Positions 10,014 through 22,905 of a DNA stretch of 64,000 bases are shown here, piece by piece. Under the pieces are notes generated by a model. The model saw nothing but the letters and a program-made list of their open reading frames with translations. It was not told where the DNA came from and made no database searches. How positions within the stretch are numbered: position 1 is the first letter of the stretch; each line of letters starts with the position of its first letter. Both the position numbers and the translations under genes were made by a program. This DNA comes from Entomortierella parvispora E1425 (Eukaryota > Fungi > Mortierellomycota): assembly GCA_020891255.1 (NCBI GenBank), contig BQFW01000013.1, positions 806,001 through 870,000 of the forward strand, read 5' to 3'.

Positions 10014-10959
10014 AATATTTGCTTTTCTGTTCATTGCATTCTGATGAGACTGAATGGATGAATGAATGAATGAGATGTTGGGAAACTCCACCATGCACCC
10101 CCTTGGATGCACGTACCAAGTACCACAATCTTCTCGCTCAGACTGACCTCCAAACGATCGGTTTATTTGAATCAAGCAGAGAGTTTCTACCTTGGGCCTG
10201 CTCTCAGTCAGCCTGTTTTCCACAATGAAAGAACAAAGCTGTGCAGGGCGCGCCAACGAGCAGGCGGCAGGCCATCGCACCCCACCTACCTTATACTTGA
10301 CCTGGTTCAACCCTCGAGCAACGGTATACACCCACACAGTACTCCAAGCTGGTCGTAATAATGAACCCCAACGGCCTCCCGGCCAAAGCTTTGTCCTCCG
10401 GTGGCCCAAAGCCGAATTGTCCAGCAGTAACAAGTCGAAGGGGATTACAAGAGGTCCTACTCAAGGCGTACTGGAGAGGGGGGATAAGGGGGTGCAGTGA
10501 TTACAAGAGGGGTGCAACAGACTTGGGCCCATGATAAAAGCAACGACAAAGACAAAAACAAGAACAACACAACATTCAAACAGAGCAAAAGGGACCCAAG
10601 TCGTTGCTGTCTTGATCGAGCCATGAGAGCTGCAGCATCCAAAGGAAAAGGATTCGGACTGCAGAGATAGTGTGGCAATCAGAGGCGAGGTGAGGGGGAT
10701 AGGAGCGGAATCGGTGCGTGTGAGGAAGAGAAGAGAGGAAAGAAGAAAGGAAAAGAAGAAAAAAAGACTCAAAAGTGCTGCGCCTTTTTCTGTGTCCTTT
10801 CTCACGCTCTGTCCCACTCAACTGATCTAATCAATGCACTGCCGCTCCTCCCTCTGTCCTTCCCTCACAACAAGAGAGTCTGTCCTCCCTTCCCTCCCTG
10901 TGACCATGGACGCACAGGCCCTTTTATTTGTGCCCGATTCCCAAGAGAGACCGATGGAT

Positions 10960-11600
10960 GCTACGATGGAACCCTGTACTCGGTATTCTCGCCTTGGGGT
11001 GGGCTCCTTTTCCTTGGATCCAATCAGTCTCTTTTCCTTCCTCGTCCCTGCCTCTGGACCACGGTGATTTCATGTCACCAACGGCCTTCTGGAACCAAAG
11101 ACGGGCTGATCAGTGCTCGACGTTGCATTCTCAAACGAATTCGGGCTGTGAGACTCTACACCTTTCTGCCAGTTGAAGAGAACTGGCACCACGCACAGCA
11201 AAGGGCCTCTCTTCTCTTTTCCCCTTTCCGTCTCTCTGCCTCTCGCTCCTGATTCATCCATCCCTCTCTCTCTTCTTGCCCTCTTTCTCCTTGCAGTAGA
11301 TGCTGAACAGGCAAGAGAGACAGCTGCGAGCTATAGGCCATCGAAAGAGACGTTTGTCTACGGTAGAAATGTCGCAATAAAAAAACTCGATTGCATCCCA
11401 CTGATTGACTGAGCAAAATGGGTTGAGGCCTCTCCTTCGTTTGTATCCATTCCGAGGGAAGCAAGGCCATGGTCGCGAGCTTTTGTTTTCAAGTGAATAT
11501 CCAAGCATGGCGAGCTGTCGTCAAGAGCTTTTCTACCCACCACCAAAGCTGCTTGCAGAGCAGATATACCTCCACTGCGATTTCGAAATGGGTCAGTGAA
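10960..11600 (+). pseudogene. Possible decayed protein-kinase fragment
   Basis: Short broken frames carry kinase-like words in the right order: RLGVGSF (~10990-11010), RNVAIKKL (~11365-11390), LFSSEYPS, QIYLH. No continuous ORF. Confidence 0.2.
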
Positions 11601-12324
11601 GTAAAGCGAGGAAAAAGTGCTGCCGGGTTTTTGAAGAGGCTATTCTACTTTCGTTCATGAAGCGACACAAGAACACGAGCATCACAGCCCACCGCGATAC
11701 ATTCGTCCCCCTCGCAGGTTCTTCTCCCAATCCCTTTTAATGGCTATGTTGGTGTCTCTTTGTAGAAGAGTGCCTCCGAACATTTATAAGGAAGGTCAAA
11801 CGAATAGAGACAAAAAAAAAAAAAAAAAAAAAAAAAAGAATAAAATGAAGATATGAAGATCCAGGGCATGTCCATGTCATGCAACCATCAGTCTCAATGG
11901 AATAGAGCTTCCTTTCAACAGTCCTCTCTTTGTTTTCACATGGACCTTGCCTGCCTGTTCCTGTTTCGGCGAAAAGCCATTTCTTATTTAATATTATTTT
12001 CTATTCAATATTTTTTTCTCATGCAACATTTGTTGTCATGGTGGATTGACGTCGACATCGGCCATATATTTGGCGCTCCTTTGTTTTTTGTTTCCCTCGT
12101 TCTCTCTTCTGCTTTCTCGTTCATCTCTCTCCAGAGAGCATCCTCATCGCACTCTTGCTCACTTCTCAGCACTCTAGCTCACTTTTCAGCACTATCGCCA
12201 GCTCTTCAGCTCCTTCCCCGAAGTTCGACTGCGACGCACCCCCCCCCCCCCCACGCCTCTGCGCCCACCTTTACGTAACCACGCGCTTTGCAGACCTTGA
12301 CCTCCTCGCGCTTTGTTTCAAGCA

Positions 12325-12327
12325 CGC

Positions 12328-12361
<34 letters not shown>
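12325..12361 (+). repeat. (CA)n microsatellite
   Basis: gcacacgcacacacacacacacacacacacacacac. Confidence 0.9.
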
Positions 12362-12364
<3 letters not shown>

Positions 12365-12732
12365 CTCATCCAAGCACAGGTATGTTGGCTTCCTTTCATA
12401 CTCACATGGCGCAACCTCTTCACACCCTCCACGTTGTCTTTGTCAACACTGAGTACTCACCCAAGTTTCTCCTTTCTCTTCCTCTCCCCAGTATAGTACC
12501 ACTACGTCGACCGTCCTTACCTGTTTGCTTTTTGCTGTGCCTCCCATCCTTGGAGCTCTCAACTCGAGTGAAACTCGTTTTCCGCCAACTTCAGGTATAG
12601 TAGTTGCCCCCTATTCTCTGGTTTTCAGCTTTTCTGTTAAAAGGTAGTGCACGTCCTTTTCCCCCCTGCCTGTGTTTTATTAACAAGGACCTTTTTACCT
12701 TTTCTAGCCTTCCTCTGTAGCGTTCCCTCGCT

Positions 12733-14319
12733 ATGTCTCTTGGACCCTTTTGCTTGTTACCGCCCGAGTTGTTTGGTATCATCGCCGAACACCTTCCCAA
12801 GTCAGACATCTCAGCCTGTACTAGGGTCAGCAGAGGGTTCAGGAGAGTCTGGTCGCTCCATGTGTTTCGTGAGCTGTACTTTACCCATGAGAGTCAACTC
12901 GGCTACTTTCGTCTCAAGTCTGTGCAGAGGCTCTTCGTACGCAACAGCATGCTCACGCGTGTCTGCAGCTCTATCAGTGGGCTAGAGCATCTGAAAATCT
13001 TGGTGGATGCTGGGTGCAGCAGCTTGCGACACCTTGATCTTCAGTTTCACCGCAAGTCCGAGGGTTCCCCAAACCTGATGTTCAAGTTTCTCGGTTACCT
13101 CACTAGCGACAACACCTGCCTGGAGTATGTCGCGTTGCACGGCCGGTATAACTGGACGGCACCCTCGATATTTCCCTCCAGTTGCAGTTCGCTCCACTGT
13201 TTACATCTGGATTTCATGGGATTTAATTTCCTGGAAGAGCCAGTTCAGTCTGCTGCGTTTGCTGAAGGGACAAGGAAGTTGCTGGCCTTGAAGCAAATCT
13301 CCTTGATTGGATTCCAGGGAGCTGTCGACGGGCTGGTGGTTCTCTTGCGCGAGGCACCCAATCTGAAGGCGATCCGATGTTGGCCTGGGAGCATCTGGAT
13401 GACGTCCGATGGGTTCAAGAAGGAGCTGACCGACCTCATGAGGAATGTGGACGACTTGACCTGGGAGGCTGACGAGATTGCTGGACAAGAGTTGGGCGAG
13501 ATGTTGGATCTGGGTTCAGATTCCAAGAGGGTGACCATCTCGGCGCCAAATGTCTATAATCTCACGCCTTTGGTTGAGAGGGCGACAAGATTCAAGTCGG
13601 TCACACTGAATGGGCTCCGAGGACCGTTCAGTGCGAGGTTACAGTCCTTCATGGAGGAGGCGACAGGGTTGGAGGAGCTTTGTGCGCTGCCCTCGGTGCC
13701 GCTGGAGAACAATCACCTGAAGTTGCTGACATGCAACATCTATGACAGTCAGCATCGCTTGGACATGTTGGTGATTGGCGATCACTTCCCCACTAAGGTC
13801 TGGAGCAGCGCCACGACTTTGACACGTCTGGAGATTGTTATAGAGTGCATCTTCGAGACGTATGTTGACACGACGTTGATGGCACTTGAGGGCCTGTTAC
13901 TGGTGCCTCCTATGACGGCTGAGAGTCTTATCGAGCATCAGATCGTGTATGGTCAGCTGGGACTTCTGGTGAACCTCCAGTTCCTACGATTGGGGCAGAG
14001 AGGGGCGTCGATGGTTGTTGGTGTCGATGAAGAACATGGAGGGTACCAGACATCATGTCTGGTATTCTCCCTTGCGTCAGGTCTCTCCCTTCTTGCTGGC
14101 ATGAAGGCGATGAGGGCTCTCGATGTTCGATGGATCGCACACGACATTGCGGTCCCCGAACTGGAGTGGATGCGCCAGAACTGGCCATTGTTGGAAGATG
14201 TCCCCGGACTGACCGACCTTCCTCCGGATGCTGGTTTGTTGTCCATCTTTCGATCCGCCGCTGCCGCTGAATGGGTTCTTGACCATCCACGAGGGATCGG
14301 ACGCAGCCTTCAGGAGTAA
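12733..14319 (+). CDS. F-box / LRR-like protein (528 aa, intronless)
   Basis: N-terminal F-box LLPPELFGIIAEHLPKSDISACTRVSRGFRRVW; leucine-rich body; C-terminal LGQLVNL..L.L...L..L..MKAMRALDV...EL.WM..NWP.LE motif shared with 52655-54292. Confidence 0.85.
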   Translation: MSLGPFCLLPPELFGIIAEHLPKSDISACTRVSRGFRRVWSLHVFRELYFTHESQLGYFRLKSVQRLFVRNSMLTRVCSSISGLEHLKILVDAGCSSLRHLDLQFHRKSEGSPNLMFKFLGYLTSDNTCLEYVALHGRYNWTAPSIFPSSCSSLHCLHLDFMGFNFLEEPVQSAAFAEGTRKLLALKQISLIGFQGAVDGLVVLLREAPNLKAIRCWPGSIWMTSDGFKKELTDLMRNVDDLTWEADEIAGQELGEMLDLGSDSKRVTISAPNVYNLTPLVERATRFKSVTLNGLRGPFSARLQSFMEEATGLEELCALPSVPLENNHLKLLTCNIYDSQHRLDMLVIGDHFPTKVWSSATTLTRLEIVIECIFETYVDTTLMALEGLLLVPPMTAESLIEHQIVYGQLGLLVNLQFLRLGQRGASMVVGVDEEHGGYQTSCLVFSLASGLSLLAGMKAMRALDVRWIAHDIAVPELEWMRQNWPLLEDVPGLTDLPPDAGLLSIFRSAAAAEWVLDHPRGIGRSLQE

Positions 14320-15506
14320 TGGCAATACCAATCCCGCCCCCTGAGAAGGCGCTGTCAACAGCCGTCTTCCGGAGCAGGATTGCCTTGTATTTTTATTCAT
14401 ATGTATTTGTAGCTTACCTTTTGTTTTTCTGTCCCATCGATTACCTCTGTTTTCTTTAGTTCCTTGTTCATTGTCCTCAGTACGTTGTATATCATCACTC
14501 AGTTCTTTGTATATTACCCCTCGTTTCCTTGTTTTCTGTTCTTCACCCTGTTTTCCATTTCAATACATTCATCTGCTGTTCCTCATACCATAAAAAACTC
14601 AGGCTGGTCGTTTATTTCCGTAAAGCTGTAAGATACATACTAATGCCTATCACTCGTTGGTTGAGAGAAGGATGAAGGGGGTCTCCTAGAAAATCATCCC
14701 ATATTCTTCGAGACAGCCTTTTTTTTTTTTTTTTTTTTTTTTGGTGATTGTTGGATATTTTTGTCCTCTCTGTGAAGATGTCTTGGACGATGGGAGATGC
14801 CCGTTCGCACGTCGCACCGACCATTGAACCTAAGTTCAACTGTATTTTCAGTGGTAATCCTTCCTTCCTTCCTTCCTTCATGAAAACAACGACAGGTTGG
14901 CCTGTTGCCTACAAGTATTCAAGGATCTTCAAATCTGCTCATGATATCTCCACAAATAAAATTTGATTAAATCACATCTCTGGACATAGCTCCCTTGCCC
15001 TTAGAAAAAAAAAAACACGCAAATGAAAATCACCCCCAGCTGTCGAGTCAACAGCCACGTCCGTGGTGCACTCACTTTTTGATCAAAAAATGATGTTGCA
15101 AGAGTGTCTCGCATCTTGGGGTACGCTTACGGTATGTATCGGTAAAAACTGAAGGGTCCCGTATATTGCTCAGCGCAATTAGCCGCGCCTGGGCTTCGAC
15201 TCTCAACAGCAACGACTACAACCCTGCCCCCCATAAGGATGTGGGCCCTCGAAGGCTGGAATCTTTTCAACTCATACACAGGACAATCTCAAGGCTATCG
15301 TCGCTCTTCGCGCTTCGTGCCCAGAGTGCTATCATGTTGCTCCGGCTCTTGACTCTGGCCAATGGTTGCTATCTTTCGAATACGAACTGGTTTGGACAAC
15401 CATGAGCGAAAAGCCAAGAACATCAAATATTTTTCTTTATTAGGCGGAAGCATTCCATCCTATAATGTACTGTCATGGCCTCTCCTCCTTTCCAAGAATT
15501 CTGCTG

Positions 15507-18500
15507 TTATTCGCGAGCTAATTGAAATACCGCCTTGTCCATCAACAGGACAAACGGTCCCTTCAGCGTATCGATCACTGGGACCTTGGGCATCTTCAGC
15601 GCTTTCTCCGCCTCATCGTCGTCGTCATCATCACTATAGTTGATCATCTCCAGTTCGTCCACGTCCTCCTGCTGTAATCCCATGCCCTTCAGCTCCTTGG
15701 CAATTCGATCATGATCTCTCTCCACAGTAATCTTCTCAACAGATGGGGTTGCGGATGACACAGACGACGACGAGCTGCTAATCCGTGCCATTTCGCGAAC
15801 TTCTTCTCTCTTCCGCTCCTTGATCTGCCCGAAATAGGTCTGCAGGGCAACCGTCTCCTGCTCAAGTTCTGCCCATTGAGACTGGTCCACATTATTGCGC
15901 ACAAAGGACTTCAAGTCCACGGAGACCCGGAGTTCTTCTTCTGTCTTGTAGTTGATCCGAGTTCTTGCGTAACCGGTCCTTAAGAATGTCAGGATACTCT
16001 CGATCCATTCCAACAGGTCGTGGAAGAGTCCATCGTCCTGTTTGTGCACCGAGTGTACAAACCTGTAAAAGCTTGGGAGATGCTTCCTGACCAAGTTCAA
16101 GTATAAGGATGCGGTCGAGGGCTTTCCACTGCGGCCATCTATGACAAAATAAAACGACATAGAGCTTTAGTATCGAATTCCTTGATTGACAGACCGTGAA
16201 AACACCTCTGTTCTCATTCTTACCGTCATTCACATCCACCTGCTCTACAATCTTGATCAGCTCATCCACAAAGTCCTTCACGTCCATCAAGCTGTCTGCA
16301 ACATTCGCTGACTTGTAGACCTGGACCAACGGCTGGTAAAAGATCGAGATCAACTCTTTGAAGATCTCTCCCGTCACTCCCTGGAAGACTAAGCCCATCA
16401 TTCTTTCCTTGTCCCGGATTCGAAGATGAGTCACCAAAAGCTGTTGCAACTGGCGAATCAGGTTCAACTGCTTGGCCCGAGCAGCCTTCTTCTTGCTTGA
16501 GGCGGAAGAAGAATGGAATCGACGTGTCGAACCCTCCTCTGTAGAGGCGATGGATGAAGTCTCGCTGTCACTGTCGCTGTCGCTAAGGTCGACATCCATG
16601 GATTGGTGCCTGGCCAACTTTTCCAGCAAGTCCTTTTCCAGCTGTTGCTGGGCATCAAAAACACGTTTGATCTGGGCAGGGTTGAGGGTAGGCTGGATAG
16701 CATCTGACTTGAGGACATCCATGACAAGACCGAGTTGGGTGATATCGTATGGTCCTATAAGCACAGCAACAAATAAGATACAGTCAGAAATCAACCATCA
16801 ATATTTTCTCCTGCAAGGCGCGACTTTTTCCAAAAGCACGTACTGTCTTCGGGGATAATCTGAGAAACAACTTCCTTGGACGCATAGACATAGTTTCGAA
16901 TCTTGTCGCAAAGAGCGGGATCGTTAATGGATGTCTCCAGAACCACAATGTCCTTCTTGTACTCTGTGATTTCTTCCTGCAGGTTCACTGAGATGATGCG
17001 TTGCATCAAGCTTCGGCTTCCAAAGGGCTGCGCCAAGAAGAGATCCATCATGCCTTTCATCATGGCCATGGGATTCGACACCTTGAGGATACCCCACATC
17101 GTCCTGTAGGGCATCAGCATGTTGGTCCGCTTGAGCTGCGTAAAGTTCAAGGCTGCATCATCCGAGGCCGTAAAGGCATGGTAAAGGGTTGACGCGAAAT
17201 TCATGCATCCCCACTCAAAAACTGTCTGGTAGAGTGGGGGAAGATCCTGCACATTTTCGTACTGCCTGAAAGCGTCGAACAAGCGCGACACACCACCAGG
17301 CTGAAGCAAGTCCAGCTTGACCTGCTTCATATGACCCTCAAGTTCCTGCACCTTGGCGGCAACCTCTCGGTCAAACTTCTCCTGCTGCTCTGCTCGATGT
17401 TGGTCCAGTGCGGCACGGATTTGAATATCCTTAAGCTCATCTGCAGTCAGTGTGACAGGATCCTTGGTCAAGAACTGAACGAAAATGGTCGATGTCACAA
17501 TCTCAGGAGCGACCCTGGCTAGATTGTGAAGGTAGCCTCTCAGACTGATGCGATCCTTTTCATGAGCGGCCTTGGCGCCGGCAGATCCAGACTTGACCTC
17601 TGATTTCGCAGGAGGCAATGGGAACTCGTAACGAGGATACTCCTCTCTCAACTAAGCAAAGGAGATTCAAGAAGTGTTAGGTTTTTTTCCAGAGGGACAA
17701 CGGCGTCGAAAATGATGATAACAGGTTAGATTCCTTCGTGCTTACCGAGGCATAGAGCCTGCGGAACTGACCGTGACGTCGAGCCACGATGGATTCCCTT
17801 CCGTCGGGCAGCTTGCTGCTGACCAAAAACTCCTAAAATAGGCAGAGACGAGAGCATGAGTCCTGACTGTAGAGTTACAGTTGAGGCGCAAAAGGCTGTG
17901 GCGACCATTGATTGACCTCCAATTGGGGCTACAAGTACAAGTTGGTCATGTCTGCCAAGATGCAAGCGTCACTGACCCTCAATCTCAGAAGTGAAATGGC
18001 TGGTCTTTGCCAAAGAAGAGAAAGAGAGAGCGAGCAAGCGATAAAGAAAAGAAAGGAAAAGAGAACAAACAAAAAAAAAGAAAAAAAATCGCCAGGAACA
18101 ACAAGACACCGAGCATTTTCAAATCCATCCATAAAAAACAAACGACGAAGCGAAACAAGCGCAGACGTAAAAAACACACCAGCATTCGATGACTATGACG
18201 ATGATCTTACCGCATGTTCGTGTTCGCGGATATGGCGTCGGATCCACACACTCTTGACGCCTGCCACGTTGATGCGCGCTCCATAGATGACCGTCGAGGG
18301 TCCCGAGACAGAAGGGAGCTCTGCTGGGGCGGGCTGCTGAAGGTGAAACTGCCCAAAGCTGTCCTCAAGCGTCGTGGCATGATCCCCCGGGGATGCAAGG
18401 TCCTTCTTCTCCTGTTCACGCTGCTCCACAGTCTTGACGGCCATCGAATACATCATGACCATGGTGCGTTCCGCCTTCGCCTTCATGCGTCGTCGACGGA

Positions 18501-18915
18501 CCATCTCGTCGCGTTCGATCCCGTTCCCAGACTCGATCTTGGCCCATTCCTCCACGAAGGCCTGGAGTTTAGGCCAAAGCTCGCCCTTGGAGCCCGCCAA
18601 GAAGGGGAAGGGCACGACCACAGACTCGAACAGGTATCGGAGAAAGGGCGTGGTCGACTGGGCGTGTTCATCCTTGAGGTCAAAGGGTCCGCCCAGGTTG
18701 GGCAGGGTCGCGTAAGGGTTCTTTTGAAGAAGGTCGAGTTCGCTGTTGATGAGAGCGCCAATGAGGTACTTTTTGAGGTAGTGCTCCTGACTGGGGGTCA
18801 GAACGGACGTGTCGCCTGTCAAGGAGAAAAGAACAAAGAAGAGAAGGAATGAGTTTCTATGGACTTGACATGGGATGCATTTAGTTCATGCTCTGCTCCA
18901 CACGCTACCTGTCAT
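15507..18915 (-). CDS. PX-domain protein, yeast YPR097W/LEC1-like (PX-associated + PX + DUF3818-type C-terminus), multi-exon
   Basis: 7-nt first coding exon ATGACAG (18915-18909); exon 2 LTPSQEHYLKKYLI...PFLRYLFESVVVPFPFL; PX motifs EFLVSSKL..VARRHGQFRRLY and LPPAK..EKDRISLRGYL; later exons LRIRDKERM, FYKFVHxVHKQDDGLFHDLLEWI; GT-AG junctions found. Confidence 0.85.
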
Positions 18916-19274
18916 TGCAATGGGGTGAAGGGAAGTAAAGCGGACAGTGGATGAAGAAGAGGAAAGGAGTGAAGAGGAGAGGAGAGGGGAATGAAGGATG
19001 AATGAAGAAGGAATGCAAGAAAGAAAGAGAAGAGAAAAAGAGAAGGCAGATAAGGCGGCAACGCGTGCGAACTGTGCAACAGCCAGCCATGGAACCAAAG
19101 CAAAAGAGCCTCGTCCTTGTCGTTCCTGTTTCCTCGGAGTTGGACTAGTTTGCTTTTTTTATTTGAAGTCATCTACGGATATATGAAGGAAGAGAGGTGC
19201 CCATGCTCATCATCGAACCATCCTCCTCCTCCTTGTCGCTGGGGTGGCTCGTGTTCTCTGATGCTCACTCAGCA

Positions 19275-20082
19275 CTAAGGTGCACCCATCAACGAGTTTC
19301 TGTTGCCACCCTCCAGAGCTCGCCCCCGTCCAATGGCTTCAATCTCCTGCTCGAATTTTTTGCTCTTGATCATCTTTAGTGAGTCAATCTCATAGAACGG
19401 GTTGCTGACATGGTTTCCGTATGCAGTGTGGATCCTGCGGAAAATCTGTTTTTTGTTTTTTTTTTGAAGCAAAGGAAGGGTGAAATGAGTGGGCCATACA
19501 TAATCCAGTCAGCAACGCTCAGCCTCGATATAAAAAAATCGGCCAAAGGGGTCCTCTCCTTACGTTCTTCATATCCAGATCCTTGATAATCACATCCGGT
19601 ACTGTGAGGACAATAATGAACTTGATCTTTGTGTTGGTCATGTAGCCGTAAACAGAGAGGTCCTCCATCGAGAATAATACTCCCAGGTACATATCCTGTG
19701 CCTTCATGGCTGCTAGTGACATCGCAGGGTTATCACGCAAGCAAAAGTCCTGGTTAGCGACCTCCTGCCCAAGAACTAAAATAGAAACAGACTTCTGGGA
19801 GTGACGGCAACCAACCTCGTTCCTCCATGACATCGCAGGATGTGTGGGCGATATAATGATACTTGAGGTCCGCATGTGAAGGATTGAAGTTTTTGATATA
19901 AAGAGGGTTGTTCTGAAAGTCGAGAGAGGATCCAAAGGGAGAAAGAGATAGGCGTGTTAGCCAGGAGTGCTCTATCCTGTGGCAAGAAGAACAATGCTGC
20001 CCGAACAATGCCCTGCATCCTGCATCTGGCCACTTGCCTGTTTGCCAATGACGGCGATGCAGCTAATGTTGATGTTGGCCAT
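19275..20082 (-). CDS. TRAPPC2L: TRAPP complex subunit 2-like (sedlin family), 4 exons
   Basis: MANINISCIAVIGKQ|NNPLYIK...LKYHYIAHTSCDVMEER...MYLGVLFSMEDLSVYGYMTNTKIKFIIV...IFRRIHTAYGNHVSNPFY matches the TRAPPC2L pattern; first intron has a GC donor. Confidence 0.9.
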
Positions 20083-20434
20083 GATGTCAATAAGATGGGG
20101 CTGATGGCGATGCGGATGAGTCGTGTATGAGCTGGGTCTGGTTCCTGCGAGTGTGTCCTCCTGATACGATGGCGGGAGTAGTCCTGGTCCTGCGTCTGCT
20201 CGTGTCCGTCGGGGTCAAATGAATGATGGAGAGATGAGCAATTGCAGACTGGAGGCACTGATGAACGGCAGGCGGACTCTGTTGTACTGGATTCAAAGCC
20301 ACTGTCCGCACGCGTTCATCTCGCGTATGGCTCTTTTTTTTTTTTTTTTTTTTTTCTGATTGTTTTTTTTTAATGACTACATGCATTGGTGGTTGCTCCT
20401 TGCTCGCTCTAAAAGGACAGGGAAGACAGCTAGG

Positions 20435-21633
20435 CTACCAGTCCAAAAACCGGTCCAGAGTGGCAGAGCTGTCCTGGATCTCCTTTTGTACCTTCTTGCG
20501 CATGTAAAAGATGGGGCAATCCTTACTTGTGCACAGCACTTCTTGGTGCAGAGAACCCTGGCAACGCTGGCACTGCGTCCAAAGACGAGAGAACCGGACC
20601 TCTAGGTTGTTAACAATTGTCTGCTGCTTCTGGTAAAGCTCGGGAGCTCGCCCCTTGCAGTTCACACACACAGCAGACTCGCCGTTCTTGAGGGGTGTCT
20701 TGCATCCTAGACATGTAGCAGTCCTAACTGCAAACTTCATCAGTCCTCCGATCGAAGGTGTAGACACTTGAATAGTTCTTGTGTGGTCTCCCGAAACTGA
20801 AAGAGAGGTAAAAAGTAAGTTATTTCATCTCGGGAAAGCGTTTCTGTCGTCAGTTTTCAAGAGCTGCATCTGCACTTACGAAGGGATTTGGCCCTCTCTC
20901 CCAGAATAGGTTCGAAAATTCGCAGCAAGGGGTTGGAGAGTTGGTTATCCAGGTAGTACATGGTGTCGATCGGGATGTTCTTCTCCAGCACATACAGCGG
21001 GTCCTCGGATTTATCATACGCCGCTGTGCCTTTACCGCCCTTGATAATGACATAGGCAACTCGATCTCCTAGAGCAGGCGCAGAACCTGTACAAGGGCAG
21101 TGTGTTAACAACAGATAACAAACCGACATATTCCAAGGCCAAAGACTGCTGACTTACCAGCATCGCGGATCTTCATGCGCTCAGCCAATTCAACGTGAGC
21201 TTGCTTGTTGGCGTAATCTACAATGGAATTATTAGAATACGTTCACCTACACTAGATTGATCGTAACCTTCGATAATTAACCAACTTACCTGTTTTGCTC
21301 AGTGCCTTTGTGATCACCAGCTGTGCCATATCGATCTTGTTTTGCAACAGGTCCGCAATAATTTGCTTGGTATAACTAAGTTCCATCGAAAATATTAGTA
21401 AACGTGCCCTCAATATGCCTCAGATAATAGAAACTAGACGCGATCCTGGGTGCTTACTCTTGAGCTCCAATGACATCTTTATCAATCAGAATCTTTCTCA
21501 GACAGGTATCAATGACGTTCTGGACCAGTCGACAATTATCACGACGAACGGTCTACCAGTTGATACCAGCTTTTGGTTAGTTTTGCTCATCATACTGGTT
21601 CAAAATGCGAAAGCTGTCAAACGAAACAGCAAG

Positions 21634-21665
<32 letters not shown>

Positions 21666-22868
21666 ATACCTCAATACCCTTCGTGTCCATCTTGTCGTAC
21701 TTGTCAGGGTTTGTCCAATATAGCCCAGCGTAACGCTTCTTGTTGATCAGCAGGTACGGGTAATACACCTTCTCGAACTCCAAGTTAATTGGCCGGATAA
21801 ATTGCTTCGTTACGTGCTCTGCTGCCTCTCGTCCTAGCTCCATAGCTTTCTTCAGATCCTTGACTCCAAATTTCACCATGACAGAATCCGTGTCTCCATA
21901 AATGACTTCAGCGGTGTGCTCATATCCATTTTCGATTGTGTACTTTGACTCGACTGCCTGTTTTGTCTGCTCAATCATAACACGACCGTACGACGTGACA
22001 CTGGACGATATTTGAAGACAAGGCAGCTTTCCGACAGTAGCTCCAGTAAAACCATACACAGAGTTGGCACTGATCTGTTGAAATGAAAATAAATAATATT
22101 AGTGAGTCGACTTGGGCGCAGCGATGAGATAGCAGAGTTTCAATCTTACCTTCAGAGCAAGTTGACGACCATCAAGCACGGCGCGTTTGAACGGATCCGT
22201 TTCTTTCTTGAGATCGGCCTTTGCACGCTTACGAGCAGAAAGCAGATCTTCCAGAATAATTGGCAATACACCCTTTCTTCTGTTTGCAGTCACAAATGCA
22301 TCTACAAGAGAGGGATGGAGTGAGTTTGGGGTCAAGGAATACATATAATCGGTCCTGTAGGTATATCAATCTTACCATTGTTGGGTGTGACAACATAATC
22401 CACATCTTTGACCAGGTTGTACTTCTGAATGATGCCTCCAGTAAGAAGTGTGGTGTAGCAGAGATTGTGCGCCATCATGATGGATGGGTACAGAGAAGCG
22501 AAATCCAGGGTTGCAATAGGCACATCGTAGTAACCCTTCCTAGGCTCAATGACCGTAGCTCCCTCGTACTGATCTTCAGTGCCTTGGCTGTTGACGGCTG
22601 GAATGACAAAGTCCTTCTCGAATGCCTTGCGGTAGAGCTGCGACACGACCTTGATTTGTTGTCCACGAGCAAGAAGGTAATTGAAAGGAACTCCTGTTAC
22701 TCTGGCCATCTCGATATAATTGATCAGACACATCAACTTGTCCATGAGACGTTGCGGAAGATAGGCATCCTTCAAACAATAAATAGCCAGACGTCTGCGG
22801 GTTTCTTCGTTTCCGTTCTGAAGCTCCGTAATGATAGAGTGATGCACATCCTCCTTTTGCTCGCCTAT

Positions 22869-22905
<37 letters not shown>

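Noticed and set aside
18909-18915. 7-nt first coding exon of the PX gene
   Set aside because: Short ATG-containing first exons are common because they include 5' UTR; unrelated to the microexon system.
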